A DNA stretch of 64,000 nt from Candidatus Zixiibacteriota bacterium (GTDB lineage Bacteria; Zixibacteria; MSB-5A5; GN15; FEB-12), in NCBI GenBank assembly GCA_035380245.1, contig DAOSXA010000002.1, forward strand, positions 268,625 through 332,624, given 5' to 3'. The position numbers and the translations under genes are program-made. The notes below the pieces were generated by a model. That model was not told the origin of the DNA and did not search any database. It saw only the letters and a program-made list of their open reading frames with translations. The stretch's first letter is position 1. Each line of letters starts with the position of its first letter. Shown here one piece after another: positions 54,857 to 63,591 of the stretch.

Positions 54857-55845
54857 TTTGTTCCTGCTGTTACCGGCTTGACTTTACTCAAGAGGTCCAA
54901 GGCGCGAGAGGCTCCGCTGGTTGTCCCGATCGAGGTTGTCGTATTCATGCCTCTCAAACCATTGGAACGATTTTCGACCTTCAGGTTTTCTTTGTGGTAA
55001 ACCAACGAGTTTTTCAGATAGACCAGCTTGAATGCCTTCGTCAAACCGTGTAAGGTCTCCGAATGGCCTATATAGAAATGACCGCCGGGGCGTAATGAAT
55101 TGTAAAAGCCTCTGACGATTTGACTTTTCATCTGATCCGAGAAATAGATCATCACATTCCGACAGAAGATAATATCGATATCGGAATGCCTGGCAACCTG
55201 ACGCTGGTCGGCGAGATTGATATGCGAGAATCTGACCATCGAGCGCACCTCGGGCTTGATCAGATACACTTCACTGTTTTCCTTGCGAGTGAAATGCTTT
55301 GCCAACACATTGGGCTTGACATAACGTAAAGTCTGACCGGTATATTCCCCCACTCGGGCTTTCTTGAGAACCTGTTCGGAAATATCATTGGCAATTATTT
55401 CGAACTGCAGGTTGTTCCTGGGGCCGAGTTTGTCCAGAATAAGCATCGCCAGCGTATATGGTTCTTCACCCGTAGAACAACCGGCCGACCATATTTTAAT
55501 CGGTCGCTTAAAGCGACTACCTTCAGCTTGTTTTACCAATTGCGGCAGCAGCTCTTCTGAGAACGAGCGAAGTTGGGGTTCGTTACGGAAGAAATAGGTC
55601 TCGTTGGTCGTCACCAAATTGATCAACTGACCGAACTCGGTATTAGACGAGTCATACTTAACGGCGTAGAAATAATCACGATAAGTCTTGATATTCAACT
55701 CGGACATACGCGTGATCAAACGGTTCTTGAGCAAATACATTTTGCTCTCGGCGAAATAGATGCCGCACCGCTGATGAATGAAATCGCGAATCATCACGAA
55801 TTCTTCCGGCGTCATATCCGGGGTCATATCGGGATTATTCAGCAT
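54853..55845 (-). CDS. cheR: Chemotaxis protein methyltransferase CheR (with ~50-aa C-terminal extension)
   Basis: 330 aa. FVMIRDFIHQRCGIYF...TNETYFFRNEPQ...IWSAGCSTGEEPYTLAM. It ends in an S/T/G-rich tail. Confidence 0.9.
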   Translation of the reverse strand: MLNNPDMTPDMTPEEFVMIRDFIHQRCGIYFAESKMYLLKNRLITRMSELNIKTYRDYFYAVKYDSSNTEFGQLINLVTTNETYFFRNEPQLRSFSEELLPQLVKQAEGSRFKRPIKIWSAGCSTGEEPYTLAMLILDKLGPRNNLQFEIIANDISEQVLKKARVGEYTGQTLRYVKPNVLAKHFTRKENSEVYLIKPEVRSMVRFSHINLADQRQVARHSDIDIIFCRNVMIYFSDQMKSQIVRGFYNSLRPGGHFYIGHSETLHGLTKAFKLVYLKNSLVYHKENLKVENRSNGLRGMNTTTSIGTTSGASRALDLLSKVKPVTAGTK

Positions 55846-55914
55846 TGCCGTTACTCCGCAACATTTCCCTGCAATCTGTCTTAAAGACCGTCATTACGTA
55901 TCCCAACACTCCTG

Positions 55915-56361
55915 TCAATCAACTCTAAGATCATCCCCGACCGGATGACGTGATACCGACGGATTAATCGTACGCTGATAACGCCGCACTCCGCGCTGAA
56001 CAGCTCCAATCAATTCCTGGAGATCGAATGGTTTTGTTAATAGATCACATGCTCCATGACGCATCGCTTCCACTACCCCATCCAGAGTCGGACAACCTGA
56101 AAGAAGGATAACCGATGACTCCGGGCAGTATTCCTGTAAGCGGACAAGGAGCTCAGTATTGCTCATCCCCGGAAGGTCGACATCGATCATTATGACCGAC
56201 CAGCCGTCGGTAGCCGTCCGTTCGAGCACATGCCCGCAATTGGCAGCCGTCTCGGCATGATAACCGGACTCGATCAAAGCCTCGAGTACATTATCGCAGA
56301 CCTCAGGATTGGCGTCAGCCACCAGAATGCGATCGGCTTCTGTGATATTGTTGCTTTTCAC
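55915..56361 (-). CDS. Stand-alone receiver protein (variant acidic pocket)
   Basis: 148 aa. ILVADANPE (AD in place of DD), IMIDVDLPGMS, LLSG, LTKPF, plus a ~25-aa tail. Confidence 0.75.
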   Translation of the reverse strand: MKSNNITEADRILVADANPEVCDNVLEALIESGYHAETAANCGHVLERTATDGWSVIMIDVDLPGMSNTELLVRLQEYCPESSVILLSGCPTLDGVVEAMRHGACDLLTKPFDLQELIGAVQRGVRRYQRTINPSVSRHPVGDDLRVD

Positions 56362-56744
56362 TGCTGCGGTACGTCCTTGTCAATATGCGATTTAATGATC
56401 CTGAACAGCTCATTGATATTGAACGGCTTGGTAACATAATCAGAGATCTTGCTTCGTAACGCGGCAACGGCCGACTCCACCGATGGAAATCCCGTCATGA
56501 TAACCACCGGCATGTCCGGATGCTCTTCTCGAACCAGACGAGCCAGATCAAGTCCGTCCATTTGAGGCATTCTGAGATCGGTCAAAACCAGATCTATTTC
56601 CTTTTCCTTGAGTATCCCGAGCGCTTTCTCTCCGGTGTCGGCAATGGCGATTTGCCAACCCTGTCCCGCGAAGAAATCGTAAAGCAGATCGCGGATCAGA
56701 AGCTCATCGTCCACCACCAGAATCGAGGGTTGCTCGTGCATCAT
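56358..56744 (-). CDS. Stand-alone receiver protein
   Basis: 128 aa. ILVVDDELLIRD...VLTDLRMPQMDG...IMTG...VTKPF. Confidence 0.85.
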   Translation of the reverse strand: MMHEQPSILVVDDELLIRDLLYDFFAGQGWQIAIADTGEKALGILKEKEIDLVLTDLRMPQMDGLDLARLVREEHPDMPVVIMTGFPSVESAVAALRSKISDYVTKPFNINELFRIIKSHIDKDVPQQ

Positions 56745-58678
56745 CGTCCTCCTAGTTCCGCGAGGGCCAGTTCGGCTGCCTGCGCCACATCCTTGTTCTT
56801 ATCGCTGGTCATGTCCTGTATCTGGAGACGATACTCGGCGGCCGTCATGGCAGCCAGCGCCTTGACCGCTGCTATACGCAGGACATCTTCTCGAACTGAA
56901 AGCATGGGAGCGATTAAATCGGCATACTCCCGTTGACCCAGTTCACCGATACAATTCACGGTGTGATACCGGACCCAGATGTCGTCATCATCCAGCATGA
57001 AACGGATATCAGGAACAGCCGCCGTACCTTTGATAGAGATCAAGGCTGAAACGGCGGCCTTGCGGACGGATGAATCCTCGTCCGAAAGCGACACCAGGAG
57101 GGGTTTTTCATCGATAATCTGCCCGATACGACCCAGCGAGCGGATAGCCAGCTTACGCACGGTCGCATCAGGATGATTGAGAGCTTCCGAAAGCGGGGCC
57201 ACTACCGATGAATCGCCGATCATTCCTAAAGCCTTCACGGCCAGGCGCTGCCTCTCCAATCCGGCGCTATGTAATTCCTGGGTGAATCTATCTACCGCTT
57301 TCATGCCGCCGACGACTATTAGCGCCCCCATCACCGCCTCTCGCACGTCCGGGTACGGATCCGCGAGCCCTTCGAAAAGGAAATCAACGTCCTCTTCTCG
57401 ACAAAGCCAACCAAGAGCCGCATAGGCTGCTCGACGAACATGTCCGTTGTCGTCCCGAGTCATGCGACGCAGATGACCAACAGCCTCTTCCCATCCGGAG
57501 ATTCCCATAATATGAGCTATCCGCTGCTTGATACCCGGATTGTCGATATTGATATATTTAACCAATCCCCGGGCTACACCGGGATCGATATTCTGACGCA
57601 GGACATCCAGAATCAGCAGTTTCGTCTCGTCATCGGTGGTTTCAAACCGGTCGAGAAGACAACCGACCGCTATCGGTCCGGCATCTTCCAGGATATCCAT
57701 GATACGTCGTCGTTCCGTGTCGCCGACAACCGGCAGGACATCGACGAGCGAATAGAGTACATCCCGGCCGTACCAGTGCTTCAGACGCGTCAGCGTGAAA
57801 TCGGTAATCCTTTTATTGCCGGCGCGAATTCCCTCAAAGAGAAAATCCTTGAATCTATCCAACGGCAAATCGTAGTCGATACGGCCGCGGTTAGCCAGCG
57901 CTATATTGATCACTGACATCATAGCCGTCTCGGCAATGGTTCGGTCCCGGTTATCGAGAAACGGCATTAACCTCTCGATTGCAGCGACATTCCCGATATA
58001 CCCAATCGCCTCCAGGGCAGCGAAAACCACCATCGGATCATCAGCCTGCAAATGCTCATAGAGATGCTCCAGGGTTTGTTCACCTCCGCACTTCCCGAGC
58101 GCTTCGATCAACGGCAGGAGGGCATCATCGCCCCGACTCATAGCCGCCTGCAACGCAGGAACGGCCTCGGCATTGCCTATCTCACCGAGCGCCTCGGCCG
58201 CGGAGCAAACCACGTTGAGATTCTCATCATCGAGCATTCCACAAAGCGTCAGGACTGCTCGTGGATCCTTGATCATACCCAGCACATCAGCCACGAATTT
58301 CCGTACATCCGCATCGGCGTTCCGACACTCCTCCACCAGCGGTATGACGGCATCATCGCCGATTTTAACCAGGATCTCAGCCGCCAGATTGCGTGCCCCG
58401 ATTTCGTCATGACCAAGGAATCGGATGAGCAGCCGACAGGCCAGCTCCCCTTTCCTCTCGGTTAGCTGATGAGCCGCCAGTTCACGAATTCCAAGATCGG
58501 GATCTTCGATAGCCAGGACCAACCCGGCCACCGCTTCATCCTCACTGAAATTGCCCAGCTCACGCACGGCCTCCTCCCGCTCGTAGAAGTCGGGAGACTG
58601 CAACTGCGAAAGCAACTCGCTGATCTTATCAACGACCGTAGTTATCATCACTCGATAGCCCCGTTCCAGCCGGGACAT
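56741..58678 (-). CDS. HEAT-repeat (PBS-lyase-type) protein, 645 aa
   Basis: About 18 tandem ~30-aa repeats of the form D.D..VR..A..ALG.IG...A...L, for example EREEAVRELGNFSEDEAVAGLVLAIEDPDLGIRELAAHQL. No other domain is recognisable. Confidence 0.8.
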   Translation of the reverse strand: MSRLERGYRVMITTVVDKISELLSQLQSPDFYEREEAVRELGNFSEDEAVAGLVLAIEDPDLGIRELAAHQLTERKGELACRLLIRFLGHDEIGARNLAAEILVKIGDDAVIPLVEECRNADADVRKFVADVLGMIKDPRAVLTLCGMLDDENLNVVCSAAEALGEIGNAEAVPALQAAMSRGDDALLPLIEALGKCGGEQTLEHLYEHLQADDPMVVFAALEAIGYIGNVAAIERLMPFLDNRDRTIAETAMMSVINIALANRGRIDYDLPLDRFKDFLFEGIRAGNKRITDFTLTRLKHWYGRDVLYSLVDVLPVVGDTERRRIMDILEDAGPIAVGCLLDRFETTDDETKLLILDVLRQNIDPGVARGLVKYINIDNPGIKQRIAHIMGISGWEEAVGHLRRMTRDDNGHVRRAAYAALGWLCREEDVDFLFEGLADPYPDVREAVMGALIVVGGMKAVDRFTQELHSAGLERQRLAVKALGMIGDSSVVAPLSEALNHPDATVRKLAIRSLGRIGQIIDEKPLLVSLSDEDSSVRKAAVSALISIKGTAAVPDIRFMLDDDDIWVRYHTVNCIGELGQREYADLIAPMLSVREDVLRIAAVKALAAMTAAEYRLQIQDMTSDKNKDVAQAAELALAELGGR

Positions 58679-58684
58679 CTATCC

Positions 58685-59035
58685 CTAACCGGCCTGCACT
58701 GTTTGATATGAGTTGACCGCTTCTTCTTCGGTGTTGAAAATCTCGAAGATGTGCGACAACTGCGTTATATCAAAAATCTCCTGGACATAGGAAGCCAGAT
58801 CAGAGAGCGTCAACCGCCCTTTACGCAAACGGACTTCCTTCATGATCGATACAAGCGCCCCCAAACCGGAGCTGTTGATAAACTCCACCCGGGACAGGTT
58901 GAGATGGATCGAGGTTCGTTCTTTTTCGAACAGATTCTTGATCTCTTCTTTCAGCGTAGCACCACTGGCGAGGTCAAGACGACCACGTAGTTCCATGACA
59001 CTCACTTCACCGGATTCTTTGGTAACGATCTCCAT
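58685..59035 (-). CDS. STAS-domain anti-sigma-factor antagonist (RsbV/SpoIIAA-like)
   Basis: 116 aa. VMELRGRLDL....L...I....E......L.LS.VEFINSSGLGALV, including the conserved phosphorylatable Ser motif. Confidence 0.9.
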   Translation of the reverse strand: MEIVTKESGEVSVMELRGRLDLASGATLKEEIKNLFEKERTSIHLNLSRVEFINSSGLGALVSIMKEVRLRKGRLTLSDLASYVQEIFDITQLSHIFEIFNTEEEAVNSYQTVQAG

Positions 59036-59057
59036 TACATCCTCCGTCTCTCATCGT

Positions 59058-59495
59058 TTATTCGCATATTTCTTTCATTTTCTCACTTATATCCAAACTC
59101 ACCGATACAATGAGTCCGCCATGTTCAGCTTCGGCGAACTCAACGTTACTGGCACAATGGCATACGATATCGATCCCACGGCCTCCTTCGGACATCGAAT
59201 CGGCCTGTGGACGCCGTTGGATACGTTCAAGGCCGCCATGCCCTTGATCAATTATATCGGCCGTAATGCGCTCCTCATTAATAGCGAACCTGACTTCAAT
59301 CTTGCGATTTGCATCTGATTTGTTGCCGTGGATCACGGCATTGGTGAACACTTCCGAGACAATTAAGAGGAACCGCCGCGTAGTGGTATCGTCGACTCCG
59401 GCTGCCTCCAGGCGTTCGGTAAGAACCTGGACAAGCTCTCGCTCAGCTTCTAAAGTTGATGGATATGTGAATCGCTCTATCACGGAATCACTCAA
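59058..59495 (-). CDS. RsbW/SpoIIAB-like anti-sigma factor / serine protein kinase
   Basis: 145 aa. N-box VSEVFTNAVIHGN, G1 box DQGHG, G2 box GGRGIDIV. Confidence 0.85.
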   Translation of the reverse strand: MSDSVIERFTYPSTLEAERELVQVLTERLEAAGVDDTTTRRFLLIVSEVFTNAVIHGNKSDANRKIEVRFAINEERITADIIDQGHGGLERIQRRPQADSMSEGGRGIDIVCHCASNVEFAEAEHGGLIVSVSLDISEKMKEICE

Positions 59496-60828
59496 CCTTC
59501 GTCAACAGAATAGTGAAATCATCATGGCTGTCCTCCGTCGAGCCTTCCTGAAACTTATCAACCCATTCTTTAACTCTCAGGCAGAACTCCTTGGGCGCCA
59601 ACATGCCTTCGACTACGAATACTTGCTCCGCCCGCTCTCGGCCGAATAAATTGCCGTCGGAATCTTCAGCTTCAGTCAACCCATCGGTAAACAAGAAAAG
59701 CCTGTCACCCGGTCTGAGCGGCCTCCGTCCCTGGACAAATTTAAGCCCTTCAAACTGCCCCACGATCGGTCCCCCCTCGGCTAATTGCACCACTGTACGA
59801 TCCTGCGAATCCCAGAATAGGCCAGGCAAATGTCCGGCATTGCAAAAATCCAGATAGCCCTGTTCGAAATCGAACTTGGCAAAGAAAAGAGTCGCAAACA
59901 TTTCCCGCTCACGAACGATTTCTCGAACCAGCAGATCATTGAGGGTTGCCGCCAGATCCGAGACCGAGATGTCGGGACGGTGATATAGCGTCGACTTGAT
60001 AATACCCGAAGCGGCCGACATGATCAGAGCCGCCGGGACGCCTTTGTTTGAGACATCACCGATCACCACCAGGTACTGCCGCTCGGCGATCTTGATTACA
60101 TCGTAAAAATCACCACCGACTTCACGCGCCGGGAAATAGGCCGCTCCGATCTCCAGACCCGGTAACTTCTCGAATCCGCGCGGCAGAATCGTTTCTTGAA
60201 TTTGCCCGGCTATCGCCATTTCCTGCTTGATCTTCTGTTGCTTCAGGCGCTCTTTCATCAGCCGCGAATTATCGATTGCCACAGCTAAGAAATCTAGCAA
60301 CATCTCCAGGCCGGAGCGATCGGCAACGGTGAATCCACCCTCTCCTCTCTTGTTGATAATCATTATCACCCCCAGGGATGCTTTCTGGGTGCGGATGGGC
60401 AGACAAATAATCTCATTGATCCGGGTGCCGTTATCGTCGACGATCCCGACCTCGTTTAAAACCACTATCTCTTTATTGGCATGGCAATAAGTAGGAAGAT
60501 CCTGCTGATCGACATATTTGAGACTTCGGGCAAAAGTCTCATCGACCCCCCAGGCTACTTCCATGGTTAACTCCCCGTTCTTTTCGAGCATGATCAGGCC
60601 GACTTCACCCTGGACCAGACGAACCGCCATATCCATAACGAGAGGCAGGACGGTATTCAGATCGAGCACCGAAGTAATCGCGGCTCCCATCGTGGCCAGG
60701 TCGGCGAGTTGATTACGAGTGATTTCAAGTTCTCGTTCCAACTCGCGGCAGGTCACGGATGTATTGGTCGTAATTCCGTCCATATCGGTATTTATCGGCC
60801 GACCAGGCCGATTTCTTACCGATTTCAC
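59488..60828 (-). CDS. GAF-domain PP2C (SpoIIE/RsbU-type) serine phosphatase
   Basis: 446 aa. GAF-like N-terminal half (LNTVLPLVMDMAVRLVQGEVGLIML...). PP2C motifs GGDFYDV, IGDVSNKG and FTDGLTEA. Confidence 0.85.
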   Translation of the reverse strand: MKSVRNRPGRPINTDMDGITTNTSVTCRELERELEITRNQLADLATMGAAITSVLDLNTVLPLVMDMAVRLVQGEVGLIMLEKNGELTMEVAWGVDETFARSLKYVDQQDLPTYCHANKEIVVLNEVGIVDDNGTRINEIICLPIRTQKASLGVIMIINKRGEGGFTVADRSGLEMLLDFLAVAIDNSRLMKERLKQQKIKQEMAIAGQIQETILPRGFEKLPGLEIGAAYFPAREVGGDFYDVIKIAERQYLVVIGDVSNKGVPAALIMSAASGIIKSTLYHRPDISVSDLAATLNDLLVREIVREREMFATLFFAKFDFEQGYLDFCNAGHLPGLFWDSQDRTVVQLAEGGPIVGQFEGLKFVQGRRPLRPGDRLFLFTDGLTEAEDSDGNLFGRERAEQVFVVEGMLAPKEFCLRVKEWVDKFQEGSTEDSHDDFTILLTKVE

Positions 60829-60855
60829 CGGATACGGCGATTGTAAACAGTGGGA

Positions 60856-62166
60856 TTATCTACGGAATTTGAGTCGGATCGGCACGCCGGCAAAGCCGTA
60901 AGTCTGCCGCAATTGGTTGGTCAGATAGCCGATATATGATTTATCGATAAGCTCCGGGTGATTTACGAAAAACACGAAAGTTGGGGGTTCTATCTCACTC
61001 TGAGTAAGATACCTGATTTTAATATATTTCCCACGGCGTGCCGGCGGGTGTTTACGTTCGATTGTCCGCTCCAAAAACTCGTTCAGATCAGGCGTTGAGA
61101 TACGTTTACGGTTCTCTTCGTACACCTGCCGCACCAGCGTCAACACTTTCGGCACACGTTGGCCGGTCAGCGCTGAAATGTAGATAACGGGTAAAAAAGC
61201 AACACGGGCCAGCACATCGGTTATTTCTCGGGTGAATCCATCGGCCGTATTGCTGTCCTTCTCAATCAGATCCCACTTGTTCACCGCCAGCACGGCCGGG
61301 CGACGAGCCGTTACGACCTGTTCGAGCACTTTTTGATCCTGAGCGGTTACACCGTCCTTGGCATCGATCAACACGATCGCGACATTGCAGTTATCGATCG
61401 CTTTGGAAGCCCGAAGCGTGGTGTAAAACTCGATATCTTCATATACTCGGAATTTTTTACGCAATCCGGCGGTATCGACCAAAATATACTTCTGACCGTC
61501 ATGTTCGAACGGCGTATCGACCGAATCCCTGGTCGTACCCGCCACAGGTGACACGATATGCCGCTCCCGACCGATCAGTTTATTGATAAACGATGACTTG
61601 CCCACATTGGGACGACCAACCAGGGCAACTCGGATAACATCCGCTTCCTCGGTCGGCTCCGCTTCCGGCTCCGGCAACAAAGCCACAAGCGCATCGAGTA
61701 ACTCGCCCATCCCGCGTCCGGCTGTTACCGAGACAGCCATCGGCTCCCCCATCCCTAACTTGAGAAATTCGAAGCGATCGCGTTCGAATTCTTCGTTATC
61801 GGATTTGTTAGCCGTCAACAGGCAACTCTTCCCGGATCGATTCAAAGACCGGGCAATAGCCAGATCGGTCGGGTCCACTCCGACCTGAGCATCGACCACG
61901 AACAACACGACATCGGACTCTTCAATGGCGATATTGGCGTGGTTGACAATCTGCGACTCCATCGCATCGGGACGAGCGTCCACTATTCCCCCGGTGTCGA
62001 CCAGTCGAAATTGCCGTCCCGCCCATTCGGCAACGGCGTAGTTGCGATCACGCGTCACGCCCGGTTGTTCCGCCACTACCGCAAGTCGCTTTTGAAGAAT
62101 ACGGTTGAACAGCGATGATTTGCCGACATTGGGTCGGCCCACAATGGCAACTGTCGGGATGCTCAT
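60856..62166 (-). CDS. der: Ribosome-associated GTPase Der/EngA
   Basis: 436 aa. Two G domains (GRPNVGKSSLFN...DTGG; GRPNVGKSSFIN...DTAG...NKWD) and a KH-like C-terminus. Confidence 0.95.
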   Translation of the reverse strand: MSIPTVAIVGRPNVGKSSLFNRILQKRLAVVAEQPGVTRDRNYAVAEWAGRQFRLVDTGGIVDARPDAMESQIVNHANIAIEESDVVLFVVDAQVGVDPTDLAIARSLNRSGKSCLLTANKSDNEEFERDRFEFLKLGMGEPMAVSVTAGRGMGELLDALVALLPEPEAEPTEEADVIRVALVGRPNVGKSSFINKLIGRERHIVSPVAGTTRDSVDTPFEHDGQKYILVDTAGLRKKFRVYEDIEFYTTLRASKAIDNCNVAIVLIDAKDGVTAQDQKVLEQVVTARRPAVLAVNKWDLIEKDSNTADGFTREITDVLARVAFLPVIYISALTGQRVPKVLTLVRQVYEENRKRISTPDLNEFLERTIERKHPPARRGKYIKIRYLTQSEIEPPTFVFFVNHPELIDKSYIGYLTNQLRQTYGFAGVPIRLKFRR

Positions 62167-63449
62167 GAATACACCTCAAGCAGAGTATCGACCAAATCGT
62201 AACTCCCCACCAGCACCGGACGGTTCACCTGGCGGGCAAATTCATCAAGAGAGAGATCATCCAGAAAAAGATCGTCATGGTTCAGACAATTGGGTGGAAG
62301 AACCACGGTGTCCTGTTTCCGGGTATTTTTCTTAATTGCCTTGACCAGATCCTGTCCGGTAAGAAGGCCCGAAACTGTTACCGATTGACCCCAGAAATCG
62401 TTTGCCACCGGTCGAACAACAACCTCCAGCCCGAGCTTATCTCGCAGAAACGGCTCGATCTGCCCTTTCATAAAACTTCCGGCCGATTGCCCTGTCAGCA
62501 ACACCGCCCGCTTACCGGATTTTATCTTTTTCAACGTATTACGACGACGGTTGAAGTCGGTTATGAATTGCCGCGCCATCCCCACGCCGTTCTCGAACTG
62601 CGGCATCTCTTCATAGGATGACAACGACGGTAATTGCCTTCCAGCGACAATATAGAACTCATCCGCCGCCCAGACAAACCGACTACCGATCTTTTTGATG
62701 TTTACTCGCTGCATCTTCTCGATGAACTCCACCACTTCGCTGGCCTCCTCAGGGGTATGTAACCGGAGCTTGGGAAGATGTTCGCGATAGCGAGTCAGAC
62801 CAACCGGTACTACCGCCAGCGATGAAACTCCCGGAAACAGCGGTGTCAGATCCTCAATCGTTTTCTTTAACGCCGGGCCGTTGTTCAGATCGGGACACAA
62901 CACTACCTGGGTATGGACGGTGATGCCGTTTTCTACCAGAAACCGTAAATGAGGCAGAATCGGAGTCAGTTTCTCGTTACGCAGCATACAGCGACGCAGA
63001 CGATCGTCGGTGGTATGAACTGAAATATAGATAGGAGAGAGCCGTTGTTCTACAATTCGTTGAAGGTCTTCCTCGGTGATATTTGACAGCGTAATGAAAT
63101 TCCCATGAGTGAAGGAGAGCCGAAAATCTTCATCTTTTACATATAATGCCCGACGCATCCCCTTCGGCTGTTGATGGATAAAGCAAAATACGCAGTTACA
63201 TTTACAACGCTTGATCTTATCATCTTCGAACGTGATTCCGAGAGAACCGGGATAAAGCTCGTTGAAACTATAATCGAGACGATGGCCGTGGGCGTCATCG
63301 AACACCAGTTCGAGTCGTTCATCGGACGACTTGAACTGAAAGTCCAGATTATCAACCACCTCTCGCCCGTTGATTGCAATCAGCCGGTATCCCGGACGAA
63401 TCTGCCCGAACAACGGAGAGTCGGGGTCTACGGCTCTAATCTTCAGCAT
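62163..63449 (-). CDS. PDZ + radical-SAM-like (CX3CX2C) + DUF512-type protein
   Basis: 428 aa. N-terminal PDZ-like region (GYRLIAINGREV), the cluster motif CKCNCVFCF, and a C-terminal half typical of DUF512 proteins. It overlaps the der start by 4 nt; this pairing with der is recurrent in other phyla. Confidence 0.7.
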   Translation of the reverse strand: MLKIRAVDPDSPLFGQIRPGYRLIAINGREVVDNLDFQFKSSDERLELVFDDAHGHRLDYSFNELYPGSLGITFEDDKIKRCKCNCVFCFIHQQPKGMRRALYVKDEDFRLSFTHGNFITLSNITEEDLQRIVEQRLSPIYISVHTTDDRLRRCMLRNEKLTPILPHLRFLVENGITVHTQVVLCPDLNNGPALKKTIEDLTPLFPGVSSLAVVPVGLTRYREHLPKLRLHTPEEASEVVEFIEKMQRVNIKKIGSRFVWAADEFYIVAGRQLPSLSSYEEMPQFENGVGMARQFITDFNRRRNTLKKIKSGKRAVLLTGQSAGSFMKGQIEPFLRDKLGLEVVVRPVANDFWGQSVTVSGLLTGQDLVKAIKKNTRKQDTVVLPPNCLNHDDLFLDDLSLDEFARQVNRPVLVGSYDLVDTLLEVYS

Positions 63450-63467
63450 TTTCTACCCATAAAAAAG

Positions 63468-63539
63468 AGCGGGCGATGGGGCTCGAACCCACGACGTCCA
63501 GCTTGGGAAGCTGACATTCTACCACTGAATTACGCCCGC
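63468..63539 (-). tRNA. tRNA-Gly (anticodon CCC), CCA not encoded
   Basis: Hand-folded cloverleaf. Acceptor GCGGGCG/CGCCCGC with discriminator U, anticodon loop TTCCCAA, T-arm GTGGG-TTCGAGC-CCCAT. Confidence 0.85.
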
Positions 63540-63562
63540 TTGAATCTCTGTTCAGCGCCGTA

Positions 63563-63591
63563 AAGGTAGTCTTCGCCCGGTCGCTTGTCAA
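63563..63591 (-). promoter_or_regulatory. Sigma70-type promoter for tRNA-Gly
   Basis: Minus strand reads TTGACA-N17-TACCTT, about 20 nt upstream of the tRNA 5' end. Confidence 0.35.

Noticed and set aside
991-62621. Dozens of plus-strand ORFs of 60-284 aa in the track, for example 3586-4077, 9100-9954, 11517-12323, 27883-28524, 31308-31772, 40988-41704, 41701-42285, 48095-48721, 57440-57916.
   Set aside because: Each lies antisense to, and entirely inside, a long minus-strand gene with clear family motifs. Their translations are low-complexity (R/S/P/H-rich) and match no recognisable motif. They are shadow ORFs.
3830-63379. Minus-strand ORFs nested out of frame inside larger minus-strand genes, for example 3830-4033, 4202-4405, 7005-7304, 20285-20566, 23275-23571, 35484-35725, 37280-37540, 46140-46430, 63137-63379.
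   Set aside because: These are alternative frames of confidently assigned genes. Their composition is not protein-like (Arg/Pro/Cys-rich) and they lack SD/start context.
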